The notes below the pieces were generated by a model. It had not been told where the DNA came from and did not search any database. It was given only the letters and a program-made list of their open reading frames with translations. This document shows positions 11,140-31,346 of a stretch of 64,000 nt of DNA, piece by piece (position 1 is the stretch's first letter; each line of letters opens with the position of its first letter). The stretch comes from an uncultured Chloroflexia bacterium (GTDB lineage: Bacteria; Chloroflexota; Limnocylindria; Limnocylindrales; CSP1-4). The position numbers were made by a program, and so were the translations under genes. The stretch spans positions 681,504 through 745,503 of the forward strand of contig CAVURB010000003.1 of the NCBI GenBank assembly GCA_963743815.1, given 5' to 3'.

Positions 11140-12787
11140 CCGGCCGCCGGACGACGACCGTCCCCCGAAGCCCCGCGGCGGGCGACCGCCCGGCAGTGGA
11201 CGACCGTCTGGCGGCGGACGACCGCCCAGTGGCGGGCACGGACCGCGCGAGCATCGCGGCCCAGGCGGCCCAGGCGGCCCAGGCGGCCCGGGCCATCGCG
11301 GACCGCCAGGCCGGAGCCGACCGGGCGGCCAGCGTGACGGCCGTCCACCGGATGCGAGGCGAGCCGACGAGTGGCACCCTGGCTACGGCCCGCAGCGAGG
11401 ACCCCGGCCGGGGCCGTCAGGCCCGCCGCGACCCTCGGGACCCCGAGACGCTCGGCAACCTGGGCCTCGTCCACCTGGTCCGCCTCGGCCCCTCGGCCCA
11501 CGACCTGGCCCACGACCGGACCAGGTCGGCGGACCCGGCGACGGGTGGCGGCAGGACCCAGGCCCGCGCCGCCCGTATGGCCCACCGGACCGCCGGCCGG
11601 CGCGACCACCGTACGGGCCGGCCCGCCCCGACCGGGCCTACGATCGCGGGGCCGGGTACGGGCGCCCGCCGTTCCAGGATCGTGGCGGCCCGCCGCGATC
11701 GTTGCCGCTGCCGGCTCCGGCCGCGTTGGGTCCCGAGGAAGAGCTGGTCGCCGGCCGGCGCCCGGTCGAAGAGGCCTTCGTCGCCCGACGACCCGCGATC
11801 CGTCTGCTCGTCGTTCCCCAGCGCCGCGCGGCGTTGGAGAAGCTCGTCCTCCACGCCACGAACCTGCGGATCCCGATCGTCGAGGTCGAAGGTGGGTCGC
11901 TCACGGCGCTCGCCGGCTTCGATGGTCACCAGGGGATCGCCCTGGTCGTGGAGCCGCGTCGCTACGCCGGGCTGGACGATGTGCTCGCCCGAGCTGCCGA
12001 GCGAGGCGAACCGCCCTTCATCCTGATCCTCAATTCGCTCGAGGATCCGCACAACGTCGGGTCGTTGCTGCGGAGCGCCGAAGCCGCGGGCGTTCACGGC
12101 GTCATCTACCCCACGCACCGGCAGGCGCCGCTGAGCCCGTCGGCTGTCAAGGCCTCGGCCGGGGCCATCGAGCACCTCCTGCTGTGCCCGGTCGACGACC
12201 TGCCTGGGGCCCTGAGCGACCTGCACGCCCGGGGGGTCCGGATCGCCGGTGCCGACGGCGGCGCGCCGCTCACCGCGCGCCAGAGCGACCTGCGCGGGCC
12301 GCTGGCGATCGTGGTCGGCAGCGAGGGTCAGGGTCTGGGGCCGGTCGTCCGCCGGCGCTGCGATCTCTTCATGCGGATCCCCATGCGGGGCGCCGTGGGT
12401 TCACTCAATGCGGCGGTCGCTGGGTCCATCCTGCTGTTCGAGGCTGTCGCTCAGCGAGATGGCCCCGAGGCGGCGCACTCGGAGGACGAGTCCAGCACAC
12501 CGGTCGACGCCGCAGCCCCGATCGTCCTGGAGAAGACCACCGCCAAGCCCAAGGCACCGGCCAAGCCCAAGGCGACCACCAGGCCCAAGGCACCGGCCAA
12601 GCCCAAGGCATCGGCCAAGCCCAAGGCCACCGCCAAGCCGAAGGCGACCACCACGCCCAAGGCACCGGCCAAGCCCAAGGCGACCACAGAAGCCGCGTCG
12701 CCGCCGGCCGACGACGACCTCCTGCCGACCGATGGCGCGACTCGTCGGACCCGCGCCAGGAAGCCGTCGACGCGGGACCACGCTTGA
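11132..12787 (+). CDS. rlmB: SpoU/TrmH-family 23S rRNA 2'-O-methyltransferase (RlmB-like) with a roughly 200-aa Arg/Gly/Pro-rich N-terminal extension and a Lys/Ala/Pro-repeat C-terminal tail; start uncertain
   Basis: Core motifs NSLEDPHNVGSLLRSAEAAGV, IVVGSEGQGL and IPMRGAVGSLNAAVAGSILLFE. GTG at 11132 overlaps the cysS stop (GTGGCTGA). The N-terminal region is open in this frame but low-complexity. Confidence 0.8.
   Translation: MADRPPDDDRPPKPRGGRPPGSGRPSGGGRPPSGGHGPREHRGPGGPGGPGGPGHRGPPGRSRPGGQRDGRPPDARRADEWHPGYGPQRGPRPGPSGPPRPSGPRDARQPGPRPPGPPRPLGPRPGPRPDQVGGPGDGWRQDPGPRRPYGPPDRRPARPPYGPARPDRAYDRGAGYGRPPFQDRGGPPRSLPLPAPAALGPEEELVAGRRPVEEAFVARRPAIRLLVVPQRRAALEKLVLHATNLRIPIVEVEGGSLTALAGFDGHQGIALVVEPRRYAGLDDVLARAAERGEPPFILILNSLEDPHNVGSLLRSAEAAGVHGVIYPTHRQAPLSPSAVKASAGAIEHLLLCPVDDLPGALSDLHARGVRIAGADGGAPLTARQSDLRGPLAIVVGSEGQGLGPVVRRRCDLFMRIPMRGAVGSLNAAVAGSILLFEAVAQRDGPEAAHSEDESSTPVDAAAPIVLEKTTAKPKAPAKPKATTRPKAPAKPKASAKPKATAKPKATTTPKAPAKPKATTEAASPPADDDLLPTDGATRRTRARKPSTRDHA
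12542..12682 (+). repeat. Coding tandem repeats (about 18-nt units, AKPKA(P/T/S)) in the rlmB tail
   Basis: gccaagcccaaggc recurs about 7 times. Translation: AKPKAPAKPKATTRPKAPAKPKASAKPKATAKPKATTTPKAPAKPKAT. Confidence 0.9.
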
Positions 12788-12860
12788 CCCATCAGGTCGA
12801 GCGGCCCTATCATTCCCCGGCGCCGAATGGGGTCTTCTGCGGTATGGCCCTGCCCGTCGC

Positions 12861-12936
12861 GCCGACGTAGCTCAATTGGTAGAGCAGCGGTTTTGTAAAC
12901 CGCCGGTTTCGGGTTCGAGTCCCGCCGTCGGCTCCA
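12861..12936 (+). tRNA. tRNA-Thr (anticodon TGT)
   Basis: Acceptor gccgacg/cgtcggc, anticodon stem-loop gcggt-ttTGTaa-accgc, T loop ggttcgagtcc, encoded CCA. Confidence 0.9.
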
Positions 12937-13003
12937 GCGCACATCCATCCGGTGGCCGGATCCACCACGAGCCCGCAGTCTCGATCCGGCGCGCCGCCAC
13001 AGT

Positions 13004-13085
13004 GGGTCGGTTGAGCAACGGCGGCTCGCCTGGCTGTAGACCAGGTCCGAAAGGCATGGGGGTTCGAATCCCTCCCGGCCCACCA
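13004..13085 (+). tRNA. tRNA-Tyr (anticodon GTA), long variable arm
   Basis: Acceptor gggtcgg/ccggccc (one G-U pair), anticodon stem-loop cctgg-ctGTAga-ccagg, long variable arm, T loop ggttcgaatcc, encoded CCA. Confidence 0.85.
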
Positions 13086-13116
13086 TCACGACATCACATC
13101 TCGCGATCGGATCCGG

Positions 13117-13192
13117 GCCCACATAGCTCAGCTGGCAGAGCACTTCCTTGGTAAGGAAGAGGTCATCGGTTCAAGTCCGATTGTGGGCTCCA
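13117..13192 (+). tRNA. tRNA-Thr (anticodon GGT)
   Basis: Acceptor gcccaca/tgtgggc, anticodon stem-loop cttcc-ttGGTaa-ggaag, T loop ggttcaagtcc, encoded CCA. Confidence 0.9.
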
Positions 13193-13248
13193 CCGCCCGA
13201 TCCAATCCCAGCGGCCAAGCCGCGCCTGTCAAGGAGTGAACTGGTCAC

Positions 13249-14452
<1,204 letters not shown>

Positions 14453-14459
<7 letters not shown>

Positions 14460-14617
14460 GAGTCGAGGCCCGACCCACGTTCCAGCTCGCCTGCACCGAG
14501 TGCAAGGAGCGGACGTACACCACGCGCAAGAACAAGAAGAACGATCCGAACCGGATGGAACTGCAGAAATACTGCCCGCGCTGTCGTCGGCATACACTTC
14601 ACCGCGAGGCGAAGTAA
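14453..14617 (+). CDS. rpmG: 50S ribosomal protein L33 (zinc-ribbon form)
   Basis: [54 protein letters not shown], with CxxC...CxxC. Confidence 0.9.
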
Positions 14618-14633
14618 GCGGCGGCCGCCCCGC

Positions 14634-14709
14634 AGGGGTGTAGCTCAATTGGCAGAGCACTGGTCTCCAAAACCAGCGGTTGTAGGTTCGAGTCCTATCG
14701 CCCCTGCCA
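14634..14709 (+). tRNA. tRNA-Trp (anticodon CCA)
   Basis: Acceptor aggggtg/cgcccct, anticodon stem-loop ctggt-ctCCAaa-accag, T loop ggttcgagtcc, encoded CCA. Confidence 0.9.
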
Positions 14710-14803
14710 ATCCTCCCGCTGATGACTCGCAGGCGAGTCGCCCCAGCGCTCGGAGGGTTCGGTCACAGTCATGGACTTGTAGCGAGAGAAGAAGAACGAC
14801 GAC

Positions 14804-14992
14804 GTGAAGCGTTTTCGCCGGTATATGGACGAGGTCTGGTCCGAGCTCAAGAAGGTCAGCTGGCCGACGCGTGAGCAGGTCCGCAACCTGACCGTGCTGA
14901 CCTTTGCGATCAGCTTCGTGGTCGGGCTGTACATCACGGTGCTCGATTCCATCTTCCAGGGCCTCCTCGGCCTCATCGCCCAGACGATCTAG
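14804..14992 (+). CDS. secE: Preprotein translocase subunit SecE
   Basis: 62 aa. [16 protein letters not shown] followed by a single TM helix. Conserved position upstream of nusG. Confidence 0.85.
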   Translation: MKRFRRYMDEVWSELKKVSWPTREQVRNLTVLTFAISFVVGLYITVLDSIFQGLLGLIAQTI

Positions 14993-14999
14993 GGACCCG

Positions 15000-15578
15000 A
15001 TGATGACCGACCTCACCAGCACCGAGACCAAGGCGCCCGACAAGCGCTGGTACGTCATCCACACCTACTCGGGTTACGAGAACAAGGTGAAGGCGAACCT
15101 CGAGCATCGCATCGAGTCGATGGGCATGGAGGACAAGATCTTCCAGGTCCTCGTCCCGATGGAGGACGAGATCGAGATCCGTCAGGGCCAGCGGCACACC
15201 GTCCAGAAGAAGGTCTACCCGGGCTATGTCCTGGTGGAGATGATCCTGGACCCTGACAGCTGGTTCGTGGTTCGCAATACCCCGGGCGTCACCTCGTTCG
15301 TCGGTGGCGCGAACATCCCCGGTGTCCGCAGCGAGCCCATCCCGCTCGACGAGACCGAGGTCAAGCAGATCCTGCGGCACATGGGCGTCGAGACACCCAA
15401 GTATCGCGTCGCCTTCACCAAGGGCCAGAGCGTCCGGGTCACCGATGGACCGTTCGCCGAGTTCATCGGCACGGTCGAGGAGGTCAATCCCGAGCGCAAC
15501 AAGGTCAAGGTGCTGGTGAGCATCTTCGGCCGCGAGACGCCGGTCGAGCTCGACTTCCTGCAGGTCGAGAAACTCTGA
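15000..15578 (+). CDS. nusG: Transcription termination/antitermination factor NusG
   Basis: [19 protein letters not shown] domain and KOW-like [21 protein letters not shown]. Internal ATG at codon 33 of ORF 14904. Confidence 0.95.
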   Translation: MMTDLTSTETKAPDKRWYVIHTYSGYENKVKANLEHRIESMGMEDKIFQVLVPMEDEIEIRQGQRHTVQKKVYPGYVLVEMILDPDSWFVVRNTPGVTSFVGGANIPGVRSEPIPLDETEVKQILRHMGVETPKYRVAFTKGQSVRVTDGPFAEFIGTVEEVNPERNKVKVLVSIFGRETPVELDFLQVEKL

Positions 15579-15626
15579 TCGAGCATCGGGCCGAGGCCCG
15601 CTAGAAAGGAACCGGAAGAACCACCT

Positions 15627-16052
15627 GTGGCCAAGAAGATCCGCATCGTCCTGACCCTGCAGCTGCCGGCCGGCAAGGCGACACCCGCCCCGCCCGTCGG
15701 TACCGCTCTGGGTCCGCACGGCATCAACATCGTCGAGTTCACCAAGTCCTACAACGAGAAGACGGCCGACAAGTCGGGACAGATCATCCCGGCCCAGATC
15801 ACGATCTTCGAGGATCGCTCGTTCACGTTCATCCTCAAGACCCCGCCAGCGGCCGACCTGCTGCGCAAGGCCGCCGGCGTCGAGAAGGGCGCATCGACGG
15901 CCAGCCGCGAGACCGTTGGACGGGTCACCAAGGACCAGGTCCGCGAGATCGCCGCGATCAAGATGGCCGACCTCAACGCGAACAGCGTCGAGGCGGCGAT
16001 GGCCCAGATCGAAGGCACCGCAAGGTCCATGGGCATCGAGATCGTCAGCTAG
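15627..16052 (+). CDS. rplK: 50S ribosomal protein L11
   Basis: [25 protein letters not shown], 141 aa. Confidence 0.97.
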   Translation: MAKKIRIVLTLQLPAGKATPAPPVGTALGPHGINIVEFTKSYNEKTADKSGQIIPAQITIFEDRSFTFILKTPPAADLLRKAAGVEKGASTASRETVGRVTKDQVREIAAIKMADLNANSVEAAMAQIEGTARSMGIEIVS

Positions 16053-16149
16053 CGCCGACGTCCCGCTCCGCGCGACTCCACCCCGGTCGCGAGCACGGAT
16101 CACCAACGGGGGAGGTCGGGATCGCCGGCCGCACGGAGGATATCGACAC

Positions 16150-16854
16150 ATGGCACACGGCAAGAAATACGACGAGGCGGCGAAGCTCGTGGACCGCGAC
16201 CGGCTCTACGCCCCCCTCGAGGCGGCCGAACTCGCCAAGCAGACCTCATACGTGAACTTCGACGCGTCCATCGAGGCGCACCTGCGCCTGGGTGTGGATC
16301 CGCGGCACGCCGACCAGATGGTCCGTGGCACGGTGGTCCTCCCGCATGGGACCGGCAAGATCGTCCGGGTGGCGGTGTTCGCCCAGGGCGAGAAGGCCCA
16401 GGAAGCGCTGCGCGCCGGCGCCGATGAGGTGGGCGGCGAGGACCTGGTCAAGAAGATCGAGGCAGGCTGGCTCGAGTTCGATGTCGCCCTCGCGACGCCC
16501 GACTCGATGGGCATGGTCGGCAAGCTCGGCAAGATCCTGGGTCGTCGTGGCCTGATGCCGAACCCCAAGGCCGGAACGATCACGTTCGATCTCGAACGCG
16601 CCGTCAAGGAAGTCAAGGGTGGCCGGGTCGAGTTCAAGGTCGACAAGTCGGCCATCGTCCACGTGCCGGTCGGCAAGAGCAGCTTCGAGCCGGCGGCCCT
16701 CGTCGACAACCTGGCGGCGCTCGTGGATGCCATCAATCGAGCCAAGCCGTCGGGCGCGAAGGGCCAGTACCTGCGCACCCTCACGATCGCGAGCACGATG
16801 GGCCCGGGGATCCGGGTCGATGTGCCGGCGGTCCTCGCCGCCGCGGTCGCCTGA
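16150..16854 (+). CDS. rplA: 50S ribosomal protein L1
   Basis: [20 protein letters not shown]...[12 protein letters not shown]...[16 protein letters not shown] at codon 79 of ORF 15916. Confidence 0.95.
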   Translation: MAHGKKYDEAAKLVDRDRLYAPLEAAELAKQTSYVNFDASIEAHLRLGVDPRHADQMVRGTVVLPHGTGKIVRVAVFAQGEKAQEALRAGADEVGGEDLVKKIEAGWLEFDVALATPDSMGMVGKLGKILGRRGLMPNPKAGTITFDLERAVKEVKGGRVEFKVDKSAIVHVPVGKSSFEPAALVDNLAALVDAINRAKPSGAKGQYLRTLTIASTMGPGIRVDVPAVLAAAVA

Positions 16855-17244
16855 CCCCCTGCCGGCGGGTCGCCGGCGCACCAGACACGATGACGGCCGA
16901 GAGGCGCGCCATCTGACAATCGTCCGGCGAGCATTCGCTCCGCCGGACAGACGGACCGCCGCAGACAGCCTGCGCTTGCGGACCGCTCTGGGTTCATCCC
17001 GGAACGGTCGGAGCTTGATCCGTCGGAACGGACCGGACGACCGCCCGAAGGGGAGGGGAGCCGGGGACGACGACGAGCACGCCGAGGCAGTCGGTGCCTC
17101 CACCGCAACGGTGGGTGCGCCCCTGCAGGCCGGGGTCAGCCTCCCTCGGGAGGCCGCCATGGGATCCGTCGCAGGGGCCAACCGGACAGCCGTCCGGACG
17201 ACCCGCCGCCGCACGCCGGTCCGCGTGCCGAAGAGGAGGCAAAC
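16855..17244 (+). promoter_or_regulatory. Long (390 nt) structured leader upstream of rplJ; candidate L10(L12)4 autoregulatory leader and/or internal promoter
   Basis: Largest non-coding gap in this region. Multiple GC-rich hairpins (16861-16877, about 16921-16946, about 17139-17156, about 17181-17196) and a hairpin just before the RBS gaggagg. No convincing protein in any frame. Confidence 0.35.
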
Positions 17245-17778
17245 ATGCCGACTGCCGCAAAGGAAGCGACCGTCGCCGAGCTGCGCGAGGAACTCGCCAA
17301 GGCCCGGACGATGATCGTGTCCGAATACCGCGGCCTCACCGTGAAGGAGATCGCCGAGATCCGGCGCGCCCTGCGCAAGCAGGACGTCACCTACCGCGTC
17401 GTCAAGAACCGCCTGATGCGCATCGCCGCCGAGGACTCGGTCGGGGAGGCGCTCAACCCGTTGCTGGTCGGACCGACCGCCATCGCGTTCGGGACGGACG
17501 AAGCGGGGACCGCCAAGGCCGTCCTCGATGCGACCCGCCCGTACAACAAGATCGTGCGGATCACCGGTGGGGTCCTGGGCGACAAGGCCATCGACGCGGA
17601 TGCCGTCACGCGCCTTGCCACCCTGCCGTCGCGCGAGGTCCTGTTGGCCAAGCTGGCCGGTGGGATGCAGGCACCGGTGGGAACGCTCGCCGGTCTGTTC
17701 GCCGCTCCGCTGCGCAACCTGGGCTATGCCCTTGCGCAGGTGGCCGATCAGAAGCGAGCCCAGTCGCCCGAGGCGTGA
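17245..17778 (+). CDS. rplJ: 50S ribosomal protein L10
   Basis: 177 aa. TVAELREELAKARTMIVSEYRGLTVKEIAEIRRALR. Confidence 0.95.
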   Translation: MPTAAKEATVAELREELAKARTMIVSEYRGLTVKEIAEIRRALRKQDVTYRVVKNRLMRIAAEDSVGEALNPLLVGPTAIAFGTDEAGTAKAVLDATRPYNKIVRITGGVLGDKAIDADAVTRLATLPSREVLLAKLAGGMQAPVGTLAGLFAAPLRNLGYALAQVADQKRAQSPEA

Positions 17779-17825
17779 CGCCGACCTTCACCCACACCAC
17801 AGACACCGACTGACAAGGAGACACC

Positions 17826-18221
17826 ATGGCTACCCTGACCCAGGACGACCTGCTCGAAGCGATCGACAAGATGACCGTGCTCGAGCTGTCCGAGTTCATC
17901 AAGCGCTTCGAGGACCGCTACGGCGTCACCGCCGCGGCTCCCGCCGCGGTCGCTGCCGCCCCCGCCGCCGGTGGCGACGCAGGCGCCGCCCCGGCAGCGG
18001 CCGAGGAGCAGACCGAGTTCAGCGCCGTCCTCACCGAGGTCGGCCCGAACAAGATCCCGGTCATCAAGGTCGTGCGCGAACTTACCGGTCTCGGCCTCAA
18101 GGAGGCCAAGGACCTGGTGGACGCCAGCCCGAAGCCCGTCAAGGAAGGCGTGGCCAAGGACGAGGCCGAGAAGATCAAGGCCGCTTTGGAGGAACAAGGC
18201 GCCAAGGTCGAGATCAAGTAG
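17826..18221 (+). CDS. rplL: 50S ribosomal protein L7/L12
   Basis: 131 aa. Ala-rich hinge and [20 protein letters not shown]-terminal domain. Confidence 0.97.
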   Translation: MATLTQDDLLEAIDKMTVLELSEFIKRFEDRYGVTAAAPAAVAAAPAAGGDAGAAPAAAEEQTEFSAVLTEVGPNKIPVIKVVRELTGLGLKEAKDLVDASPKPVKEGVAKDEAEKIKAALEEQGAKVEIK

Positions 18222-18243
18222 CGCGGGATCGGCCGGCTTCAGG

Positions 18244-18268
18244 GCGGCGCATCCGTGCGTTGCGCCGC
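18244..18268 (+). terminator. Hairpin after rplL (possible attenuator/terminator in the rplL-rpoB spacer)
   Basis: gcggcgca pairs with tgcgccgc (8 bp, 9-nt loop). Further hairpins at about 18283-18298 and 18327-18349. No clear U tract. Confidence 0.3.
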
Positions 18269-18393
18269 TCCGCCGGTCGCTCACGCACGTTGAAGTGCGC
18301 TCGCGACCTTGCTCGCGTCGCGCCTTCGGCTGCATCCGCCCTGCAGCCGGCTTCGCTAGACCATCGAAAAACGCCTAGCACGTTCGAGGGCGT

Positions 18394-18421
18394 TTGACAA
18401 GACGGAGAATCGCGATATCCT
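18394..18421 (+). promoter_or_regulatory. Candidate promoter upstream of rpoB (TTGACA-N16-TATCCT)
   Basis: cgTTTGACA at 18392-18399 and TATCCT at 18416-18421. The same cgtttgaca context appears upstream of rpsL. Confidence 0.35.
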
Positions 18422-18482
18422 ACTCCTTCTGTGAGCGCGGCCTCCCTTTCTCCTCTTTACCTCCGTCAAGGAGTGGTGCTTC

Positions 18483-21959
<3,477 letters not shown>

Positions 21960-22073
21960 TCCCCATCCCCAGCCACTCAACGAACACGCGGGGCCGGGTA
22001 CCGGCCGGCTCGACCCCGCTCGCTCACGGTCCGCATCGCGTCGCCGAGCCAGGCGGAGACGCGGAGGAGAACC

Positions 22074-26576
<4,503 letters not shown>

Positions 26577-26621
26577 CCGACCGACCCACAGGGGCGGAGC
26601 CGGAGCCTCATCGACGAGCGT

Positions 26622-26651
26622 TTGACACGCTCTCCGGGGCTCCGATACACT
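26622..26651 (+). promoter_or_regulatory. Candidate promoter for the rpsL-rpsG-fusA-tuf operon (TTGACA-N18-TACACT)
   Basis: gcgTTTGACA at 26619-26627 and TACACT at 26646-26651, about 190 nt upstream of the rpsL start. Confidence 0.4.
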
Positions 26652-26837
26652 CCGCCTTCGTGGCCTCGGGAGGGGTCCGCCTTCGGCGCGTGCGCCGGAT
26701 CAGCCATCTGCACCATCACCATCACCCGGTCCCGGCCGGTCTGCCCTGCGGGGCGAACGATCGGCGACGCCGGACCGGCCCGCGGTCGGTGACGACCGCC
26801 ACCGTACTTGTCAGGAACCGAAAGGAGCAGCGTCTTC

Positions 26838-27254
26838 GTGCCGACGATCAGCCAGCTCGTGCGTCACGGCCGCAAGCGCAAGGTCCAGAAGATCAAGGCG
26901 CCCGCCATGCGCAAGAACTGGAACAGCCTGCGACGCCGTCAGGTGTCGATCCCGGGCGCCCCCCAGAAGCGGGGGGTGTGCCTGCAGGTCCGGACGATGA
27001 CGCCCAAGAAGCCGAACTCGGCCCTGCGCAAGATCGCCCGCGTGCGCCTGTCCAACCAGATGGAGGTCACGGCCTACATCCCGGGCATCGGTCACAACCT
27101 CCAGGAGCACTCGGTCGTGCTCGTGCGTGGTGGCCGGGTCAAGGACCTGCCGTCGGTCAAGTACCACATCATCCGCGGCACGCTCGATGCCGCCGGTGTC
27201 CGTGACCGCAAGCAGGGTCGCAGCAAGTACGGCGCCAAGAAGGCGGCCAAGTAA
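26838..27254 (+). CDS. rpsL: 30S ribosomal protein S12 (with a roughly 14-aa insertion near the N-terminus)
   Basis: [13 protein letters not shown]...PQKRGVC...[11 protein letters not shown]...[24 protein letters not shown] at 26838 is preceded by aaaggag. Confidence 0.95.
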   Translation: MPTISQLVRHGRKRKVQKIKAPAMRKNWNSLRRRQVSIPGAPQKRGVCLQVRTMTPKKPNSALRKIARVRLSNQMEVTAYIPGIGHNLQEHSVVLVRGGRVKDLPSVKYHIIRGTLDAAGVRDRKQGRSKYGAKKAAK

Positions 27255-27721
27255 TGCCGCGTCGTACCTCGATCCCGCGCAAGACCAAGTACGAGACGGT
27301 GCCGGCCAACCGCATCACGGCGCGCTTCAGCGCGAAGCTGATGAAGGGTGGCAAGCAGAACCTCGCGGAGCGCATCCTGCGCCAGGCGCTGGCCCGGGCC
27401 GAGGCCCAGGCGGGTCGTCCGGGTCTCGAGATCCTCGAGGCGGCGATGCGCAACGCGACGCCGATCATCGAAGTCAAGCCGCGCCGCGTGGGTGGCGCGA
27501 CCTATCAGGTCCCGGTCGAGATCCGGGGCGACCGCCGCCTGTCGCTGGGTGTCCGCTGGCTCGTCCAGTCGGCCCGCAAGCGCAACGGCAAGAGCATGAG
27601 CGAGAAGCTCGCGGCCGAGTTCGTCGATGCCATGAATGGCCTCGGCGCCGCGGTCAAGCGACGCGAAGACACGCACAAGATGGCCGAGGCGAACCGCGCC
27701 TTCAGCCATTTCAAGTGGTAG
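27254..27721 (+). CDS. rpsG: 30S ribosomal protein S7
   Basis: 155 aa. ...[22 protein letters not shown].... The ATG overlaps the rpsL TAA (TAATG). Confidence 0.97.
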   Translation: MPRRTSIPRKTKYETVPANRITARFSAKLMKGGKQNLAERILRQALARAEAQAGRPGLEILEAAMRNATPIIEVKPRRVGGATYQVPVEIRGDRRLSLGVRWLVQSARKRNGKSMSEKLAAEFVDAMNGLGAAVKRREDTHKMAEANRAFSHFKW

Positions 27722-27742
27722 ACCCGGGAGCGTAGGGAAACC

Positions 27743-29818
27743 GTGGCACGACAGGTTCCGCTCGCGAAGACGCGGAACATCGGGATCATCGCCCATATCG
27801 ACGCGGGCAAGACGACCGTCACCGAGCGGATCCTCTTCTACACGAAGAAGATCTACAAGATCGGTGAGGTACATGAAGGCGCCGCGACGATGGACTGGAT
27901 GCCGCAGGAGCAGGAGCGGGGGATCACGATCACCGCTGCTGCAACGACGGCGTTCTGGGGCGATCATCGCATCAACATCATCGATACGCCCGGGCACGTG
28001 GACTTCACGGTCGAGGTCGAGCGGAGCCTTCGGGTGCTCGACGGCGCCGTCGTCGTCTTCGATGGCGTAGCGGGTGTCGAGCCGCAGTCCGAGACGGTCT
28101 GGCGCCAGGCCGACCGCTACGGCGTGCCGCGTTTCTGCTTCATCAACAAGCTGGACCGGACCGGTGCCGACTTCTGGCGCTGCGTCGACTCGATCAAGGA
28201 TCGCCTGGGCGCGAACGCCGTCCCGGTGCAGATCCCGATCGGGCGCGAGGACCAGTTCCAGGGCGTGATCGACCTGATCGAGATGCAGGCCATCTACTAC
28301 CGCGACGATCTCGGCAACAAGATCGACGTCGTGGAGATCCCGGAGGAGCTCCGGGCCGAGGCCGAGAAGCACCGCCACACCCTCATCGAGGCCGTCGCCG
28401 ACATGGACGACGAGCTGACCCACAAGTACCTCGAGGGCGAGGAGCTGACGGTCGCCGAGATCAAGCGCGGTCTCCGCCTCGGCACGCTCACGACCCGCAT
28501 CATCCCGGTCCTCACCGGATCGGCGCTCAAGAACAAGGGCGTCCAGAAGATGCTCGATGCGGTCGTGGACTACCTGCCCTCACCGCTGGATGTCCCCCCG
28601 ATGATCGGGCTCGACCCGCGCACCGGCGCGGAGATCATCCGGACGCCGGACGACGCCGAGCCGTTCAGCGCGCTCGCGTTCAAGATCGCGGCGGACCCGT
28701 TCGTGGGCAAGCTCGCGTTCTTCCGGGTCTACTCCGGGACGCTCAAGGCCGGCTCCTACGTCATGAACCCGACGAAGGGCAAGAAGGAGCGCATCGGGCG
28801 CATCCTCCAGATGCACGCCAACCATCGCGAGGAGATCGACGAGGTCTACGCGGGCGACATCGCCGCCGCCGTCGGTCTCAAGGACACCTTCACGGGTGAC
28901 ACCCTGACCGAGCCCGAGCACCAGGTGATCCTGGAGTCGATGACGTTCCCCGAGCCGGTCATCGAGGTCAAGATCGAGCCCAAGACCAAGGCCGACCAGG
29001 ACAAGCTCGCCCTGGCGCTCCAGCGCCTTGCCGAAGAGGACCCGACGTTCCGCGTCCACACCGACCCGGAGTCCTCGGAGACCCTCATCGCCGGCATGGG
29101 CGAACTGCACCTCGACGTCCTCGTGGACCGCATGATCCGCGAGTTCAAGGTCGCCGCCAACATCGGCAAGCCCCAGGTCTCCTATCGCGAGACCATCCGA
29201 CGGGCCGCCGAGGGCAACGGCCGCTTCGTCCGCCAGACCGGCGGCAAGGGCCAGTACGGCCACGCCGTCATCAAGCTGGAGCCGGCCGAGAAGGGCACGG
29301 GCTATGAGTTCGTCGACAAGATCGTCGGCGGCACGATCCCGCGCGAGTACATCAAGCCGGTGGACCAGGGCATCCGCGAGACGATCGCGACCGGCATCTA
29401 CGCCGGCTTCCCGGTCGTCGATATCAAGGTCACCCTCTTCGACGGTTCGTATCACGACGTGGACTCGTCCGAGATGGCCTTCAAGATCGCCGGTTCCATG
29501 GCCGTCAAGGACGCCTTCACCAAGGCGGATCCGGCCATCCTCGAGCCGATCATGAAGGTCGAGGTCCTCATGCCCGAGGAGTTCATGGGCGATGTCATCG
29601 GCGACCTCAACAGTCGCCGCGGGCATATCGAGGGCATGGAGTCCCGCAGCGGGACCCAGGTCGTGCGGGCGTTCGTCCCGTTGGCCCAGATGTTCGGGTA
29701 TGTCACGGACCTGCGGTCGATGACCCAGGGTCGCGCGACGTCCTCGATGGAGTTCAGCCATTACGCCGAGGTGCCAGCGAGCCTGGCCTCGGAACTCGTC
29801 CAGAAGTCCAAGGTCTAG
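27743..29818 (+). CDS. fusA: Elongation factor G
   Basis: 691 aa. [27 protein letters not shown]. Confidence 0.97.
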   Translation: MARQVPLAKTRNIGIIAHIDAGKTTVTERILFYTKKIYKIGEVHEGAATMDWMPQEQERGITITAAATTAFWGDHRINIIDTPGHVDFTVEVERSLRVLDGAVVVFDGVAGVEPQSETVWRQADRYGVPRFCFINKLDRTGADFWRCVDSIKDRLGANAVPVQIPIGREDQFQGVIDLIEMQAIYYRDDLGNKIDVVEIPEELRAEAEKHRHTLIEAVADMDDELTHKYLEGEELTVAEIKRGLRLGTLTTRIIPVLTGSALKNKGVQKMLDAVVDYLPSPLDVPPMIGLDPRTGAEIIRTPDDAEPFSALAFKIAADPFVGKLAFFRVYSGTLKAGSYVMNPTKGKKERIGRILQMHANHREEIDEVYAGDIAAAVGLKDTFTGDTLTEPEHQVILESMTFPEPVIEVKIEPKTKADQDKLALALQRLAEEDPTFRVHTDPESSETLIAGMGELHLDVLVDRMIREFKVAANIGKPQVSYRETIRRAAEGNGRFVRQTGGKGQYGHAVIKLEPAEKGTGYEFVDKIVGGTIPREYIKPVDQGIRETIATGIYAGFPVVDIKVTLFDGSYHDVDSSEMAFKIAGSMAVKDAFTKADPAILEPIMKVEVLMPEEFMGDVIGDLNSRRGHIEGMESRSGTQVVRAFVPLAQMFGYVTDLRSMTQGRATSSMEFSHYAEVPASLASELVQKSKV

Positions 29819-29833
29819 GGAGTAGACGGCACC

Positions 29834-31037
<1,204 letters not shown>

Positions 31038-31044
<7 letters not shown>

Positions 31045-31346
31045 AGCAGCGGATCCGGATCCGCCTCAAGGCCTACGACCACCGACTGCTCGATCAGTCG
31101 GCGGCCCAGATCGTCGAGACCGCCCAGCGCACCGGCGCGGACGTGGTCGGGCCGGTCCCGCTGCCGACGCGCATCGAGAAGTTCACCGTCCTGCGGTCCC
31201 CGTTCATCGACAAGGACTCCCGGGAGCAGTTCGAGATCCGCACCCACAAGCGGCTCGTCGACATCCTGGACCCGAGCTCGAAGACCGTGGACGCCCTGAT
31301 GCGACTCAGCCTCGCCGCTGGCGTCGACATCGAGATCAAGATGTGA
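31038..31346 (+). CDS. rpsJ: 30S ribosomal protein S10
   Basis: [34 protein letters not shown]... Confidence 0.97.

Noticed and set aside
11140-11730. Degenerate mrnC (mini-RNase III) remnant between cysS and the rlmB core, as in the Bacillus gene order
   Set aside because: None of the three forward frames shows RNase III-like motifs. The only coherent reading is the Arg/Gly/Pro-rich frame continuous with rlmB.
12535-12690. Periodic 18-nt repeats that superficially resemble a short repeat array (CRISPR-like)
   Set aside because: The units are contiguous with no spacers, lie in frame inside the rlmB ORF and encode AKPKA repeats. There is no CRISPR architecture and no cas genes.
12451-13143. 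230-aa minus-strand ORF and other ORFs across 12860-13200
   Set aside because: The region is occupied by three well-formed tRNA genes on the plus strand.
26596-26645. Possible rpoC terminator hairpin (cggagcc ... ggctccg) enclosing the rpsL -35 box
   Set aside because: The arms are separated by about 30 nt with only short internal pairing and no U tract. This is too weak to call from sequence alone.
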